Below, in pieces: positions 61,594 through 64,000 of a stretch of 64,000 nucleotides of DNA. Source of the DNA: an uncultured Thermoplasmata archaeon (GTDB lineage Archaea; Thermoplasmatota; Thermoplasmata; SG8-5); the NCBI GenBank assembly GCA_964354755.1, contig CAYHBA010000004.1, forward strand, positions 12,644 through 76,643, given 5' to 3'. The translations under genes and the position numbers were made by a program. Below the pieces are notes generated by a model. It did not search any database, was not told the origin of the DNA, and saw only the letters and a program-made list of their open reading frames with translations. Numbering within the stretch: the first letter of the stretch is position 1; each line of letters starts with the position of its first letter.

Positions 61594-62940
61594 TCACTTC
61601 CATGCTGCAAGTGCTTCTCTCATGTGCCCGATGGCCGCCTCCTCGTGTGGCTTGGCCGACCTGAGCAGTGCGGCGCCCCTCTTCCGCTTGTCCTTCGGAA
61701 GCGAGCCATCGAAGGCGAACGGGAAGAGCCTCTCTAGTTCGACCATAGCCCTTTCGGCCTCGCCATACTCCCTCGCGGCTTTCACCAGATGCTTCGACTG
61801 CGGCTTGGATGCGTGTTTCCTGGCAAGCCTCTTCAGGAACTCGGCTGCATTCCTCCGGCCCTCGCGGTAGCACGCAGTTACGTAGCTCTGGCCAAGGTAT
61901 GTGAGAGCCCCATCCCGATTCTCGCCGCCCTCGAGGACGCTTGCCCACTCCTCGTACGCTCCCGGCCCAGCCGCATACCTGGGACGGGCCCACCTGCCCT
62001 CGGCCATCTTCACTGCCCTGCGCACTGCTTCGCGGTCGTCCGGCTCCCCTTTGACCTTGCCCCCGAACGCGACCAAGTGCATGCACCCAGGTGCCTGCAG
62101 CTCGTCGTATCTGACCGGATCGTCCGGCTGCCCGGCGGCGTGCCTGCAAGTGCTCACGAGATAGCTGTCCCCCCTGTATCCCTTCACTATGCCATACTCC
62201 GGAATTGGCAGCCCCCATAGGACGACGGGTCTGCCCGCGTCAATCTCCCTCTTTATCATTCCGAAGACCTTCTTCGCCCTCTCGCGGTCGTAAGCGCTGA
62301 GCGGGCCGCCCTCCGTCTCCGGGAACCCCTTGTCGCTGCACCACGCATTGGCCCGGAATCCCAGGACGCTGGTTGCTTCGGTAATGTCATCCCAGACGCC
62401 AAGCGCCGTCGGGCCTGACAGGCAAGTCTGCCCCCTGCTCACGTTCAAGACGAACGCGTAGCCCGTGTAGCCCGCCACGTCCGTGACGTCCCTATCCTTA
62501 CCCATGGCTTTCAGCGCCCCCGACACAGCCCCCGTGTAAGAAATCCAAGACGGGGCGATGATTGGCTCGGGACTGCCCAACTTCGACTCCTCTTCGTACG
62601 CACGTGGCATCGCATACTGGCTCATCGTGCGCTTCGCATTGCGCTCCTCGCGCGACCTCGATCCGGCATAGAAGCCACCGATGGCCTCCAAGAGATGGAC
62701 GCCGTCCTCAGTCAGGATGTACCGTCCCCTCTCCCTGCGCCCCACCAGCCCCATCTCAACCATTTGGTTCATGTGGTTCGCCAGCGCTGTTTTGCTCAGG
62801 CCAACGTCCGCCTGCAGCGCCCCGAACTCCCGCGGCCCCTCGGCCAGCAGTGCCATCACCTTCAGCCTCGCTGGGTGCGCGCTCGCCTTGACTAGCTTGG
62901 ACGCCTGCGCGACGTCCGCAGCCTCTAATTTCTTGCGCAT
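61594..62940 (-). CDS. ArsR-type HTH protein fused to a large C-terminal domain (possibly BtrH_N/DUF4872-like)
   Basis: Start at MRKKLEAADVAQASKLVKASAHPARLKVMALLAEGPREFGALQADVGLSKTALANHMNQMVEMGLV. The upstream 42 codons of the ORF are unlikely to be coding. The C-domain call is tentative. Confidence 0.65.
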   Translation of the reverse strand: MRKKLEAADVAQASKLVKASAHPARLKVMALLAEGPREFGALQADVGLSKTALANHMNQMVEMGLVGRRERGRYILTEDGVHLLEAIGGFYAGSRSREERNAKRTMSQYAMPRAYEEESKLGSPEPIIAPSWISYTGAVSGALKAMGKDRDVTDVAGYTGYAFVLNVSRGQTCLSGPTALGVWDDITEATSVLGFRANAWCSDKGFPETEGGPLSAYDRERAKKVFGMIKREIDAGRPVVLWGLPIPEYGIVKGYRGDSYLVSTCRHAAGQPDDPVRYDELQAPGCMHLVAFGGKVKGEPDDREAVRRAVKMAEGRWARPRYAAGPGAYEEWASVLEGGENRDGALTYLGQSYVTACYREGRRNAAEFLKRLARKHASKPQSKHLVKAAREYGEAERAMVELERLFPFAFDGSLPKDKRKRGAALLRSAKPHEEAAIGHMREALAAWK

Positions 62941-63093
62941 TTCATAACCTCCGAGGAGGCGTATGGCACGGGGGTTGATAAATGTTTTGGTGAATTGAAG
63001 AACTAGAAATGGTGAACAGAGCTTCAACGTCACCTCGAGTTCGCATTTATCCTTTTCGAAACACACACCATTATGTCCTTTGGAAGATACGGG

Positions 63094-63693
63094 TCAAAGC
63101 CCATTGCTAGGGACATGATTCCCGACATGCCAGTTCCTGATTGTCTCGTACACTGTCCCGTCCTCGAAGGACTGGCGCAGCTGCCTCAGGTATTCATATG
63201 AGAACCTGTCAGCGAGTTCCTCGGGCGTCTGCGCGTATATGTGCGGCCCGCTGCCGAACCACTTGTAACCGGCCCAGTAATACAGTTCAGGCTTTCCGCC
63301 GCTCTCCCTGAGGTATGTCCTGGACCAGTTGCACGCTCCCCCTGCATCGGGCGTGTGGGCCCATCTCCATCCGTTTATGAACAGGCCCTTGCTGAAATTT
63401 GCCGGCGCCCGCTCCTTGAGTTTTCCAATGCGGGTGCACAGCTCGCTGTCCTGCCTCAGCTTTTCCAGGCGGCAGAATATGTCCCTTGCCAGCATGAGCT
63501 TCTCCGGAAACAGGTTCCTGTCCCGATCCGCTGCCCTTCCCAACAGGGCCTTCTCAAGCCTGCGCTTCTCATCCAGTGCCTCCTGGCTCGCCTTCAGTTT
63601 ATCCGTCTCCTGCCTCAGCGCCTCAAGCAGCCCCTGCCTGAACACCGAAGTCTCTTCTGTATTCCTGTCTGCCATGCTATCACGCATGTGCAA
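63094..63693 (-). CDS. Hypothetical protein (coiled-coil N-region)
   Basis: 199-aa ORF with no recognised motifs. Confidence 0.45.
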   Translation of the reverse strand: MHMRDSMADRNTEETSVFRQGLLEALRQETDKLKASQEALDEKRRLEKALLGRAADRDRNLFPEKLMLARDIFCRLEKLRQDSELCTRIGKLKERAPANFSKGLFINGWRWAHTPDAGGACNWSRTYLRESGGKPELYYWAGYKWFGSGPHIYAQTPEELADRFSYEYLRQLRQSFEDGTVYETIRNWHVGNHVPSNGL

Positions 63694-63767
63694 TCGTCAT
63701 TCCGGTTAATAATAATTTATTGACATAATTATTCTCAATAGGAATATTTATATGCTTCCGAAACAAT

Positions 63768-64000
63768 CCTGGCCGCATGATCACCGGTGTAAAGGACATC
63801 AGAAGGGCGAGAAAGTCAGTCGAATGGACACAGAGGGACCTGGCCGACGCGACCGGACTCTCCCAGTCAGCCATAGCCAAGATTGAGAAGGGCAGGTACA
63901 GTGTATCTCACGACACATTCCTGAAGATCGCGGGCGCTCTGGAGAGGCGCACCTCCGAACTCGGGCACAGCCTCACGCTGGGAAACGTGATGGTGGGGGA
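63768..64000 (+). CDS. XRE-family HTH regulator, 3' end outside window
   Basis: ATG 63768. MITGVKDIRRARKSVEWTQRDLADATGLSQSAIAKIEKGRYSVSHDTFLKIAGAL. The frame is open to the window end. Confidence 0.7.

Overview
The window is archaeal. Evidence: ABCE1/RLI at 40182..41951, ribosomal protein eS17 at 42419..42610, TTTAAATA-type TATA boxes 25-45 nt upstream of starts, and many ATGA stop/start overlaps. By eye, GC is about 55-58% over most of the window and lower (about 45-50%) around 51.8-58.6 kb. No rRNA, tRNA or CRISPR array was recognised.

Positions 1-39.5 kb form an exoenzyme and surface-protein island:
- Six tandem plus-strand genes encode very large secreted peptidases from five catalytic families: S8 (twice), C11 clostripain-like, C1 papain-like, C13 legumain-like, and an HExxH metallopeptidase.
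- After a macro-domain gene and a TctA-like membrane-protein gene comes a divergent pair of PKD-domain, membrane-anchored exoproteins. One of the pair is a lamin-tail-domain/phospholipase-D (HKD) enzyme.
- An 8.3-kb minus-strand block encodes a secreted Porphyromonas-type arginine/agmatine deiminase homolog plus three translationally coupled paralogs of unknown function.

Eight of these proteins carry the same unassigned, internally duplicated domain of about 170 aa. Two more carry a related tandem repeat.

The two S8 genes and the C11 gene share an indel-free 1698-nt 3' cassette that includes a 319-bp tract of perfect identity.

A structured repeat of about 130-200 bp occurs three times, each time directly after a stop codon and followed by a second copy of that gene's last codons.

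Positions 39.5-64 kb hold housekeeping and signalling genes:
- ABCE1, a cupin, eS17, an ABC-2 exporter, a CN-hydrolase and a cyclophilin
- zinc-ribbon proteins and an NfeD-flotillin pair
- RsgA
- a two-component/PAS cluster
- a DUF3494 ice-binding-like surface protein
- several HTH regulators

All domain calls come from motif recognition by eye. Identities were counted by hand. No database search was possible.
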